Shown here: positions 27,785 to 36,704 of the stretch, in pieces
Position numbering within the stretch: the first letter of the stretch is position 1
Layout: every line of letters begins with the position of its first letter
Assembly (NCBI GenBank): GCA_023257655.1
Contig: JALRBQ010000082.1
Span: 5,466-69,465 of the forward strand
Reading direction: 5' to 3'
Length of the DNA stretch: 64,000 nucleotides
Origin: Pseudomonadales bacterium
Lineage (GTDB): Bacteria; Pseudomonadota; Gammaproteobacteria; Pseudomonadales; Pseudohongiellaceae
The notes under the pieces: model-generated
Seen by the model: only the letters and a program-made list of their open reading frames with translations
The model's database searches: none
Told to the model about the DNA's origin: nothing
Made by a program: the position numbers and the translations under genes

Positions 27785-28993
27785 TCACCTGCCCACCGTC
27801 TCATCCCAACGCAACGCATTATGCTTCTCCAATATCTCCATTAACTGATCCATCGGCACCTCCCTCAACTCCCCTCGCGAACTGGTCATCGTCGTCGCCT
27901 TAAAAATCGCGTTGTAAACCGCCTCCTCAGTAGCCTCGGCCGCCGCCGCGAACAGCGGGGACATGGAGGCGTTGACGAGTTCCTGGGTCTGGATGGGGGT
28001 GTCGCTGGTACGCGGCTTGCGCACGGAGGGGTGGGTGGAGAAGGAGATGACGTAGTCGCCGGAGCCGTTGCTGGCGAAGGAGCCGGTGCGGCCCAGGCCC
28101 ATGATGGCGCGCAGGCCGAGGCGGTCGAGGCTGCGGGCGTTGAGCGGCGCGTCGGTGGCGATCACGACCATGATGGAGCCGTCGTCCTTGTCGCCGTCGT
28201 CGGCGGCCATGACTTCCTCACGGAAGGAGTAGGTGCCGAGCTCGCGGCCGACGGGGGCGCCGTTGATGGTCATGATGCCGCCGTAGTTCGTCTGTACGAG
28301 CACGCCGATTGTGTAGCCGCCGAGCGACTCGGGCAGCACTCTTGAGCTGGTGCCGATGCCGCCCTTCCAGCCGAAGGCCTGGGTGCCGGTGCCGGCGCCG
28401 ACGCTGCCTTCTTCGACGGGGCCGCTCTTGGCACTATTCAAGGCGGCGTACACTTCGTCGTGCCGGATCGGGTCGGCCCACATATTATTGACCACGCTGT
28501 CGTTGGTCTCGCCGACGATGGGGTTGATGGTGTGTTCGCCCATGCCCGGCTGTTCGTACAGCCATTCTTTCAGTGCGTTTGCTGCGCTCCACACGCACAG
28601 TGTGCAGGTGAGCAGGATCGGGGTTTCCAGTTCGCCGAATTCGCGCACCTGGGTCTCGCCGATCAGCTTGCCGTAGCCGTTGCCGATGTGGATCCAGGCC
28701 GGCATGGTGCTGGTGTAGAGATTACCGGGGCCGGGGATGATGGCGGTGACGCCGGTGCGGATGTCGTCGCCGCGGATGACCGTCGTGTGGCCGACCTTGA
28801 CGCCGGCCACGTCGGTGATGGCGTTGTATTCGCCGGGCTCGAAGATGCCGACGATGAGTCCGGCCTCACGGGCGCGGGGACGTTCGGTTTGCGCGACAGT
28901 CGGCGAGCTCAGGACCAGAAAACTCAGCACGCCAAGAAGGGTGGTGAGTGTGTGACGAAACCAGTCAGGTCGGTGTGCAGTGGTGTGTCGCAT
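27785..28993 (-). CDS. DmpA/P1-family aminopeptidase (peptidase S58, L-aminopeptidase/D-esterase-like), exported
   Basis: AGGAGGAAG SD. Signal ...SSPTVAQT. Motifs VKVGHTTV, TGVTAI, NGYGK, GTGT..FGWKGGIGTSS. Confidence 0.8.
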   Translation of the reverse strand: MRHTTAHRPDWFRHTLTTLLGVLSFLVLSSPTVAQTERPRAREAGLIVGIFEPGEYNAITDVAGVKVGHTTVIRGDDIRTGVTAIIPGPGNLYTSTMPAWIHIGNGYGKLIGETQVREFGELETPILLTCTLCVWSAANALKEWLYEQPGMGEHTINPIVGETNDSVVNNMWADPIRHDEVYAALNSAKSGPVEEGSVGAGTGTQAFGWKGGIGTSSRVLPESLGGYTIGVLVQTNYGGIMTINGAPVGRELGTYSFREEVMAADDGDKDDGSIMVVIATDAPLNARSLDRLGLRAIMGLGRTGSFASNGSGDYVISFSTHPSVRKPRTSDTPIQTQELVNASMSPLFAAAAEATEEAVYNAIFKATTMTSSRGELREVPMDQLMEILEKHNALRWDETVGR

Positions 28994-29156
28994 GGTTCTT
29001 CCTCCTGAGCGTGCTGAGCGTGTTCTGACTGATCAACAGCAAGATCAGCAGCAACATCGCGATCGCAATAAGGGTTCAACTCTAGCGCGTGCCCAAATTG
29101 CAGTAAACGCACAATCCGGCAAACGCAGAGCTTTGTGAGCTAGCATTCGAGAAAAT

Positions 29157-29204
29157 AGTCGAGCAAACAGTCAAGCAAACAGCAAAACAAACAGTCGAGC
29201 GAAC
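29157..29204. repeat. Four copies of a 12-bp tandem repeat AGTCGAGCAAAC (degenerate)
   Basis: Read directly: AGTCGAGCAAAC AGTCAAGCAAAC AGCAAAACAAAC AGTCGAGCGAAC. It lies between the aminotransferase stop and the dmpA start. Confidence 0.85.
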
Positions 29205-29230
29205 GCGCTATGAAAATTGTTAGGCGATCA

Positions 29231-30556
29231 TTACGCGAATTTCACCGCATCAAAACTCACCGACAGTTTTTCGATCAGCTCGTCGATGTGCCGGTCCTCG
29301 AAAATAAACGGCGGTGCCAGCAGAATGTGATCGCCGAGCTGGCCGTCGATCGTGCCGCCCATGGGATAACAAATCAGTCCGTTGTCCAGGGTGAGTTGCT
29401 TCAATTGTTTGTTAATGCCGAGCGCGGCAGGGAAGGGCTGCTTCGTGCCCTTTTCTCGCACCAACTCGATCCCGACAAACAATCCTCGCCCACGGATGTC
29501 GCCGATGTAGTCACGCGCGCCGAAAGCGTCGCTCATCGCGGCATGCAGTTTCTCACCCTGGCTTTGTACCCGCGGCAGCAAGCCACGAGAAAGTATCGCC
29601 TTCACCACCGCGTTACCAGCCGCACAGGCGACCGGGTGTCCCAGGTAGGTGTGGCCATGCTGGAAGAAGCTGGTGCCGTTGGCGACCGCGTCATAGATCG
29701 TCGCCGTGCATAGCATTGCTCCTATGGGCTGGTAACCGGCGGCGAGACCCTTGGCGATGGTGACGATGTCGACCTCGATGCCTTCCTGCTCGTACGCAAA
29801 CAGGGAACCCGTGCGGCCCATGCCGCACATGACTTCGTCCAATATCAAGAGCACTCCGTACTCGTCACAGATCTCGCGAATACGTTTGAAATAACCTTCC
29901 ACCGCGGGCACCGCGCCCAGGGTCGCACCGACCACGGGTTCGGCGACGAAGGCCATGACGGTCTCGGGTCCCAGTCGCTCGATCTCGGTTTTCAGTTCAT
30001 TCGCGACCCGCTGGCCGTAGTCGAAGGCCGACTCGTCGTCGGCGCGACCGCGGTATTCATAACAAGGGGCGATATGGGTGGTGTCTATTAATAGAGGCGC
30101 GAACGGCTGGCGACGCCAGGCATTACCGCCGGTGGCGAGGGCGCCGAGGGTGTTGCCGTGGTAACTCTGGCGGCGCGCGATGATGCGATGCCGGCTGGGC
30201 TGGCCGATTTCCAGAAAATACTGGCGCGCGAGTTTCAGCGCCGCCTCGATGGCCTCAGAGCCGCCGGACACGAAATAGACCCGATCCAGTTGGCCCGGGG
30301 CATTCGCGATCAGGGTGTCGGCTAGTGCCTCGGCGGGCTCACTCGTAAAGAAACTGGTGTGGGCAAATTCCAGTCGGTCTGCTTGCTGCTTGATGGCCGC
30401 GATGATCTCGGCATCCCCATGCCCCAGACAGGACACGGCGGCGCCACCGGAGGCATCCAGATAGCGCTTGCCGCTGGAGTCGATCAGATAGACGCCCTCG
30501 CCAGCGACGGCGACGGGGAGTCTGGCTTTAGGCTGACGGGGGAACACGTGACTCAT
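29231..30556 (-). CDS. Class III (omega-type) pyridoxal-phosphate aminotransferase
   Basis: Start trimmed to ATG 30556. Motifs GGAAVSCLGHG, SGGSEAIEAALKLAR, DEVMCGMGRTG. Confidence 0.85.
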   Translation of the reverse strand: MSHVFPRQPKARLPVAVAGEGVYLIDSSGKRYLDASGGAAVSCLGHGDAEIIAAIKQQADRLEFAHTSFFTSEPAEALADTLIANAPGQLDRVYFVSGGSEAIEAALKLARQYFLEIGQPSRHRIIARRQSYHGNTLGALATGGNAWRRQPFAPLLIDTTHIAPCYEYRGRADDESAFDYGQRVANELKTEIERLGPETVMAFVAEPVVGATLGAVPAVEGYFKRIREICDEYGVLLILDEVMCGMGRTGSLFAYEQEGIEVDIVTIAKGLAAGYQPIGAMLCTATIYDAVANGTSFFQHGHTYLGHPVACAAGNAVVKAILSRGLLPRVQSQGEKLHAAMSDAFGARDYIGDIRGRGLFVGIELVREKGTKQPFPAALGINKQLKQLTLDNGLICYPMGGTIDGQLGDHILLAPPFIFEDRHIDELIEKLSVSFDAVKFA

Positions 30557-30779
30557 TGTTGTACACACCGGCCGGCGCGGGGCGCAGAGGGAGAGAGGGC
30601 AGCATAGCAAAGAAGATTGAGGCGGGGACAGGGCAGCGACCGGCCAGCGACCGGCTAGCTATAGGCTGACGAGGGCTAACGACCGCTAAGTAAGACGCTT
30701 CCCGATTTCTATTTTGGCGCAAAACAGGCGATACTCCGTCCCAGAAAAACACAGTCCCATCGAATCAGGAGAATTTTGG

Positions 30780-32720
30780 ATGATAATAAGAAAAAGCGTG
30801 TTTTTGGGCGTCGCTGCCGCACTCGGAACCCTGCTCAGCGCCCCAGTTGCTCTGGGCCAGACCGGCACCAGCGTGGATCAGGGCGACTGGCCCGTGTACC
30901 ACGGCGGCTTCTTCTCGCAGCGCTATTCCCCCCTGGACCAGATCAACGCCGACAACGTCGCCAATCTGGAAATCGCCTGGCGCTTCTCGACAGCGAATTT
31001 TGGTCCCTCTACCGACTTCAATAACCCGTCCACGCCGCTCGAGATCGACGGCGTGCTGTACGCCGACGTCGCAAGCACCCGTAACGTCGTGGCGCTGGAT
31101 GCCACCACCGGCCAGGTGCTCTGGATGTGGCGACCCCAGGAAGGGGATCGCTATGACGAGGCCCCGCGCAAGGGCGCCGGTCGTGGCGTCGCCTACTATC
31201 GCAGTGGCGACAAGGCCCGCGTGATCGATGTGACCCCGGGCTACCAGCTCGTGTCACTGGATGCCGCTACCGGCATTCCCGACCCGAATTTTGGCGTCAA
31301 CGGCAAGGTGGACCTGTTTGTCGGTCTGCGTAACGCCGACGACCCGCGTTTTCCCTATCCCGACATCGGCATCTCCGCACCGCCGCTGGTGATGAATGAT
31401 GTCATCGTCGTCGGTGCGGCGCACCGCACTGGCGGTCGTCCGCGTTCCAAGTCCAACGTGAAAGGCGATATTCGTGGTTACGATGTCCACACCGGCAAGC
31501 TGTTGTGGACCTTCCACACGATCCCCGAACGGGGCGAAGTGGGCTATGAATCCTGGCTCGACGAGGGCGTGGAGTTCACCGGCAACGCCGGTGTGTGGGC
31601 ACCGATCTCCGGCGATCCGGACCTGGGTCTGGTGTACCTGCCCGTGGAAGATCCCACCGGCGACTACTTCGGTGGCGACCGTCCCGGCGCCAACCTGTTC
31701 TCCAGCAGCCTGGTGGCGGTGGATGTGAAAACCGGCGAGCGTCGCTGGCACTTCCAGCAGATCCACCACGACATCTGGGACTGGGACTTGCCCGCGGCCC
31801 CGGTGCTGGCGGATCTGCCCAATGGCCGCAAGATCGTAATGTCGGTCTCCAAACAGTCCTTTGTCTATGCCTATGACCGCGCCACCGGCGAGCCAATCTG
31901 GCCCATCGTCGAGCGCCCAGTACCCCAGGGTGACGTGCCCGGCGAGTGGTACTCACCGACCCAGCCGTTCCCGACCCGCCCGGCGCCGTTCGATCGCCAA
32001 ACCGTGACCGAAGACGATTTGTTGGATTGGACTCCTGAGATCCACCAGTTGGCGCTGGAATCCACCGAAGGCTTCCGCCTTAGCCGCGAGTTGTACACGC
32101 CGCCTTCGCTGACCGATGACCCGGACGGCACCCGCGGCTTGTTGAGCCTGCCGTCGTCTACCGGTGGCGCCAACTGGGAAGGCTCCACGATGGATCCCGA
32201 GACCGGCATTCTCTATGTCCCTTCTCGCACCCAGTTGCAGATGTTGTCGCTGGCGAAGAACCCGGAATCCGACCTCGACCTGAGTCAGGGTTTTGGTGTC
32301 CGTGTGCCCCGCGTGCAGGGTCTTGAGATCATCAAGCCACCCTATGGCCGCGTCACCGCGATCGACATGAACACTGGCGAACATCTGTGGATGATTGCCA
32401 ATGCCGACACACCGGATCGCATCAAGAATCACCCGTTGCTGCAAGGCATCGACATTCCGCCGACCGGAGTGCCGACTCGTGCGGGCACCTTGCTGACGAA
32501 GACCCTGCTGTTCGTCGCCGAGGGTAATGGCACGCCGGACGCGAAGCCGATCATGCGCGCGGTGAACAAGCAGACCGGTGAGATCGTCCACGTGATGGAA
32601 TTGCCGGCGAACCAGACAGGCATCCCGTTCACCTACGAGCACAATGGCAAGCAATACCTCGCCCTGTTCGTCGGTGGCAGCGGCGGTGCGGCGGAGCTGG
32701 TGGCGTACGCGCTGCCGTAA
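30780..32720 (+). CDS. Soluble PQQ-dependent dehydrogenase, exported (paralog of 2819..4756)
   Basis: ATG 30780 after AGGAGA. Signal ...SAPVALGQ. Motifs YSPLDQINADNV, HHDIWDWDLPAAP. Confidence 0.8.
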   Translation: MIIRKSVFLGVAAALGTLLSAPVALGQTGTSVDQGDWPVYHGGFFSQRYSPLDQINADNVANLEIAWRFSTANFGPSTDFNNPSTPLEIDGVLYADVASTRNVVALDATTGQVLWMWRPQEGDRYDEAPRKGAGRGVAYYRSGDKARVIDVTPGYQLVSLDAATGIPDPNFGVNGKVDLFVGLRNADDPRFPYPDIGISAPPLVMNDVIVVGAAHRTGGRPRSKSNVKGDIRGYDVHTGKLLWTFHTIPERGEVGYESWLDEGVEFTGNAGVWAPISGDPDLGLVYLPVEDPTGDYFGGDRPGANLFSSSLVAVDVKTGERRWHFQQIHHDIWDWDLPAAPVLADLPNGRKIVMSVSKQSFVYAYDRATGEPIWPIVERPVPQGDVPGEWYSPTQPFPTRPAPFDRQTVTEDDLLDWTPEIHQLALESTEGFRLSRELYTPPSLTDDPDGTRGLLSLPSSTGGANWEGSTMDPETGILYVPSRTQLQMLSLAKNPESDLDLSQGFGVRVPRVQGLEIIKPPYGRVTAIDMNTGEHLWMIANADTPDRIKNHPLLQGIDIPPTGVPTRAGTLLTKTLLFVAEGNGTPDAKPIMRAVNKQTGEIVHVMELPANQTGIPFTYEHNGKQYLALFVGGSGGAAELVAYALP

Positions 32721-32747
32721 CCGTTCTTTCTTCACATCGAGCCAACC

Positions 32748-32784
32748 GGGGCCAGCGTCGACGATTCAACTCGACGCTGGCCCC
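32748..32784 (+). terminator. Strong hairpin after the PQQ dehydrogenase (14-bp perfect stem, weak T tract)
   Basis: GGGGCCAGCGTCGA (32748-61) pairs with TCGACGCTGGCCCC (32771-84). It is followed by GTTCGT, so it may be an attenuating or Rho-independent-like structure. Confidence 0.6.
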
Positions 32785-32954
32785 GTTCGTATGGTCCCTT
32801 GAAACACGCCGAATTTGCACCGCGACCGGGCATTTTCTCCTTGATTAATAACAGTTTGTAACAACCCCACCCATTTGCCGTTCTAGTCGGTACAATCCCC
32901 GTCTTTCGACTCAATCTGCCCGGGTGATTGCGGGCACTACTACGGAAGTACAGC

Positions 32955-35216
32955 ATGCAAGCTCCTGCAGTTATCTGGAATCGGCTCGTTCGTCCTGCTA
33001 CCGCTCTAATGAGTCGCGCCGCGGCGTCTGCCCTGCCACTGGTGTTTTTAGGGAGTGTCTTAGGGGGAGGCTTGGGGAGTATCGCGTCCGTTGCCAGCGC
33101 GCAGGAGATTTCCGGCGACGACAGCACCGTAGTCTACCCGGCCAGCTATTTCGAACAGTACGGTCCTACTACGGCCCAGGACATGCTGGACCGCATTCCC
33201 GGTCAGGCCAGCGGCGGCGGCCCCGGTGGCGGACGCGGCTTCGGCGGTGGCCCGGGTTTTGGTGGCGGCGGTGGCAATCCGTCGGCCGGCGGCCGTGGTC
33301 TCGGCAGTGGCAATGGCGGCACCGATATCCTCATCGACGGCAAGCGCACCGCCGGCAAGAACGCCCAGGCGGGCGGCCTGCTGCAGCGCATTCCGGCCGA
33401 GCAGGTGAAGGAAATTCAGATCATCCGTGGCACCTCCGGTGAACTCGACGTGCGCGGCAGTGGCCAGGTGATCAACGTTGTCTTGTTCGAGGCGCTGGCC
33501 TCCAACAGCATCTCCTGGGAAGCTACCGGCACCCTGGCGCAGGACAGTGACTTCACGCCGTCCGGTGCTGTCGCCCTGAGTGGGCAACGTGGCGCCTTCA
33601 ACTACCTGTTCAGTCTGCGCAGCAATCCGCGGCACAACCACAACAACACGCGCGAACACAGCATTCTGGGTGACTTCCTGCCGAACGACACCATTCGCGA
33701 ACACCGCATCGACGATCGTGACAACAACGAGTTGAGCATGAACCTCAGCTATGAGCTCACGGCGAACAGCAGCGCGCGCGTGAACGCCCTGTATGCCGTG
33801 CAGGATTCCGAGACCGAAGTGAATCGTGCGACCCGACAGCTGCGCAGCGATCCGGTCGGCATCGTCATCGAGGAAGAAGACAATCCGGCCAAGCGCGACA
33901 ACTGGGAAGTGGGTGGCGACTACGAATACTCTTTCGCCAACGGCAACCGCTTTAAACTGTTAGGCATTGCCAACCAGAACAATCAGGACTCCACCCGCGA
34001 GCGCTTCCAGCTGCAATCCAGCGGCGATTTCCAGAAGAACCTGTTCCTTAACATCGAGAGCGTCACCGAAGAGCGCATCGTGCGCAGCTCGTACACGATG
34101 GATGTGTTTTCCGGGCAGAACGTCGAGTTCGGTCTGGAGCGCGCACAGACGATTCTGGATTCGCGCCTGTCGCTCGGCCTGCTGAGTTCAACTGGCACGC
34201 CCTCGGGTGAAGTTGGCGGACTGGTGCCACAACACGTGACGAATGCAAATTCCCGCGTGGAAGAAATTCGCTACGAGCCGTTCCTCATTCACAACTGGAC
34301 CCTGAGTCCAAAGATGTCGCTGGAGACCACGTTCCTGTACGAGTCTTCCGAGATCAGCCAGACCGGCGATGTGACGAAGTCGCGTGACTTCAATTTCTTC
34401 AAGCCAAAATTCGACCTGCGCTATGACGTCACCCCGCGGCTGCAACTGCGTGGCACGATCGAGCGTCAGGTGAACCAGCTGAATTTTGCCGACTTCGTCG
34501 CCGCCAACGACGATCAGGACAACGACAGCGACACTCTGGCGGGCAACGCCTCGCTGCGGCAGGAAACCCAGTGGCGCTACAGCCTCAACACCGAATATCG
34601 TCTGCCCAATGACACCGGTGTAGCGAGTGTGGAAGTGTTCTATTCAGACCACCAGGATGTGATCGACCGTATCGACGTGTCGCCGTCGCCGACCAAGCTG
34701 CAATCGGCCAATGGCAACATCGGCGATGGCATCGAGTACGGTATCGACATGAACGCGAGCATTCGCATGGGCCTGATCGGCCTGCCAAACCTGCTGGTCT
34801 CGCCCTCGCTGATACTGTTGGACTCGGAAGTCACCGATCCCTTCCTCGGCATCAAGCGTCGTTTTCAGTCACAGATGCGTGGCCAGTTCCGCCTCACTCT
34901 GCGACACGATATTCCCGAGTGGCGGTTTAACTGGGGCTTCCAGAATTTTGACCGCATCGACGGCGGCATCTACCGCTACGATCTGGAGGACAAGGAGTTC
35001 GACATCGGCGATCCGCGCTATAACCTGTTCGCCGAATACGTCGACACCCGCGGCCTGACTTATCGCCTCGACATCCAGAATGCGAGCAACAACGTGCGTT
35101 GCCGCACTCGCACCCGGTATGTCGGCAGCATCGCGGACAACATCCTGGAAGAGATCGAGGATCAGTGCAGCACGTCCGGTCTGGACCTAAGCCTGAAGAT
35201 CAGCGGCACGTTCTAA
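32955..35216 (+). CDS. TonB-dependent receptor (paralog family with Gly-rich plug insert)
   Basis: ATG 32955 (start uncertain; a later ATG is possible). YPASYFEQYGPTTAQDMLDRIPG, long Gly-rich insert, RGLGSGNGGTDILIDGKR, terminal ISGTF. Confidence 0.9.
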   Translation: MQAPAVIWNRLVRPATALMSRAAASALPLVFLGSVLGGGLGSIASVASAQEISGDDSTVVYPASYFEQYGPTTAQDMLDRIPGQASGGGPGGGRGFGGGPGFGGGGGNPSAGGRGLGSGNGGTDILIDGKRTAGKNAQAGGLLQRIPAEQVKEIQIIRGTSGELDVRGSGQVINVVLFEALASNSISWEATGTLAQDSDFTPSGAVALSGQRGAFNYLFSLRSNPRHNHNNTREHSILGDFLPNDTIREHRIDDRDNNELSMNLSYELTANSSARVNALYAVQDSETEVNRATRQLRSDPVGIVIEEEDNPAKRDNWEVGGDYEYSFANGNRFKLLGIANQNNQDSTRERFQLQSSGDFQKNLFLNIESVTEERIVRSSYTMDVFSGQNVEFGLERAQTILDSRLSLGLLSSTGTPSGEVGGLVPQHVTNANSRVEEIRYEPFLIHNWTLSPKMSLETTFLYESSEISQTGDVTKSRDFNFFKPKFDLRYDVTPRLQLRGTIERQVNQLNFADFVAANDDQDNDSDTLAGNASLRQETQWRYSLNTEYRLPNDTGVASVEVFYSDHQDVIDRIDVSPSPTKLQSANGNIGDGIEYGIDMNASIRMGLIGLPNLLVSPSLILLDSEVTDPFLGIKRRFQSQMRGQFRLTLRHDIPEWRFNWGFQNFDRIDGGIYRYDLEDKEFDIGDPRYNLFAEYVDTRGLTYRLDIQNASNNVRCRTRTRYVGSIADNILEEIEDQCSTSGLDLSLKISGTF

Positions 35217-35289
35217 CCAGGAAAAAGGGGCAACGCAAGGTCGTCGGAGGCTTTAATGCTGGCGACTCAGTTGCTTCCGCTGTAAAAAT

Positions 35290-35346
35290 AAAGGGGACGG
35301 AGGCAATTAATACTCAGAATTAAATGCCTCCGTCCCCTTTTTTGTT
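35290..35346. terminator. Bidirectional terminator hairpin (member of the GGAGGCA-TTAAAT hairpin family)
   Basis: AAAGGGGACGGAGGCA (35290-305) pairs with TGCCTCCGTCCCCTTT (35325-40). T run follows. It sits between the convergent TBDR (+) and MBL hydrolase (-). Confidence 0.85.
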
Positions 35347-35353
35347 TCTGTTG

Positions 35354-36316
35354 TCAGGGCGCGACTTCCATGCCATCCCGCCCGACGACGATGGGGCCCT
35401 TGTACAGATCGCTCATCCCGCGCGTGAACAGGGCCTCCGCCTGGTCTGTTGGCATGATGCTCGGGAACAGGTGGGTCAGGGCGAGTTTTTTTACACCCAT
35501 TTCCTGCGCCATGCGCGCCAGCTCCAGAGAGTCGGCATGGTATTCGATCCCTTCCTCTATCATCTCAACCTGACGGGCATTGCCAGCACTGCGGGCAGCG
35601 TTTATGGCGGCATTGAAGAGTTGGGTGTTTTCGACTTCACTGACGAGCAGGTCGGCATCTCGTACCGACTCCGCGTAGGCGGGGCAGATGTTTGTGTCGC
35701 CCGAAATCGCGATGACCTTGCCTTGATATTCGAAACGATAGCCGACGGCGGGTGTGATTGGCGCATGGCAGACATCAAACATCGTGACCTTGAGACCATT
35801 CTCCTCAAGTACGACGCCTGATTCGTGTTCGGTGACGCGGGGCTGCATGACGGCGGCGCTGAATTTGTCGCCATGATGTGCGAGTCGGTAGCTCAGATCG
35901 AGACGGTAAGTGGCGACGATGCCGTCGACCACTTCGATGGCGCCAACCGGGCCGTGTACTGGCACCGAGTCCGTCGAGCCGGCGATCGCCATGTTGAGCA
36001 ATATCTCACCCAGCCCGATGAAATGATCAGAGTGATAGTGCGTGTAGAAAATGCCATCGATGTCCTGAATGCCAGCCCGAGTCAAAGGAATCAGGCAGTT
36101 GCGTCCGGTATCCACCAGATAGATGCGGTCGCCGGCGATCACAGCGGTGCAGGCCGTTGCGCGTTGTGGGTTGGCGAGCGGTACGCCGGTGCCGAGCAGA
36201 ATAACCGAGATGCCGGCGGCCGGGTCCAGTTCTCGTGGGGCGATGCCGCCGGCGAAAGTCTGGGCCAGGGCAGCTGGCGTGAGGCAGAGCAGGACAAGCA
36301 TGGCGACAAACTTCAT
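35354..36316 (-). CDS. Exported MBL-fold metallo-hydrolase
   Basis: Signal MKFVAMLVLLCLTPAALAQ. HxHxDH motif (YTHYHSDH). Confidence 0.8.
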   Translation of the reverse strand: MKFVAMLVLLCLTPAALAQTFAGGIAPRELDPAAGISVILLGTGVPLANPQRATACTAVIAGDRIYLVDTGRNCLIPLTRAGIQDIDGIFYTHYHSDHFIGLGEILLNMAIAGSTDSVPVHGPVGAIEVVDGIVATYRLDLSYRLAHHGDKFSAAVMQPRVTEHESGVVLEENGLKVTMFDVCHAPITPAVGYRFEYQGKVIAISGDTNICPAYAESVRDADLLVSEVENTQLFNAAINAARSAGNARQVEMIEEGIEYHADSLELARMAQEMGVKKLALTHLFPSIMPTDQAEALFTRGMSDLYKGPIVVGRDGMEVAP

Positions 36317-36382
36317 ATGTGGTTTCCCGGTGATTATGCGCGGTTCGATTGCCTTGTGGTGCCTTTACCTGTGCATTATCAG

Positions 36383-36415
36383 TGCAGGACTAATGCAGGA
36401 CTAATGCAGGACTAA
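36383..36415. repeat. Three perfect copies of 11-bp tandem repeat TGCAGGACTAA
   Basis: Read directly. It lies 67 nt upstream of the MBL hydrolase start in the divergent intergenic region. Confidence 0.9.
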
Positions 36416-36592
36416 TATAGGTACCACCATCCTCAAGCAATCGGCGCTCGACGATACCCTATTTTGTGCGTGAGTGAAATGGAAACGGCGCCCTAAAAGA
36501 AATCCCGTGCCTGTGCTCTGTCTGTACACTTTCTGTGCTCGTTCTTTCTGTGCTCTTTGTGTACTCTGCCGGCGCTTGCGCTCGCAAGCGTG

Positions 36593-36630
36593 CCAGTGCG
36601 CCATCCAGTGCGCCATAACCAGTGCGCCAT
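36593..36630. repeat. Three perfect copies of 12-mer CCAGTGCGCCAT (periods 12 and 14)
   Basis: Read directly (36593, 36605, 36619). Preceded by the palindrome CGCTTGCG-ct-CGCAAGCG (36573-36590) and by TTCTGTGCTC repeats (36511-36556). Confidence 0.9.
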
Positions 36631-36704
36631 AAGAGGTGCCGGCAGCGCTTAACACGCGCTCCCCATGTGATACCCTGCGAGCATTGCCAAGAAGAGGATA
36701 CGCC

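Noticed and set aside
27555-27848. 97-aa + strand ORF in the AT-rich gap between the SOUL gene and dmpA.
   Set aside because: It overlaps the 3' end of dmpA in antisense. AT-rich non-coding look, no SD and no motifs.
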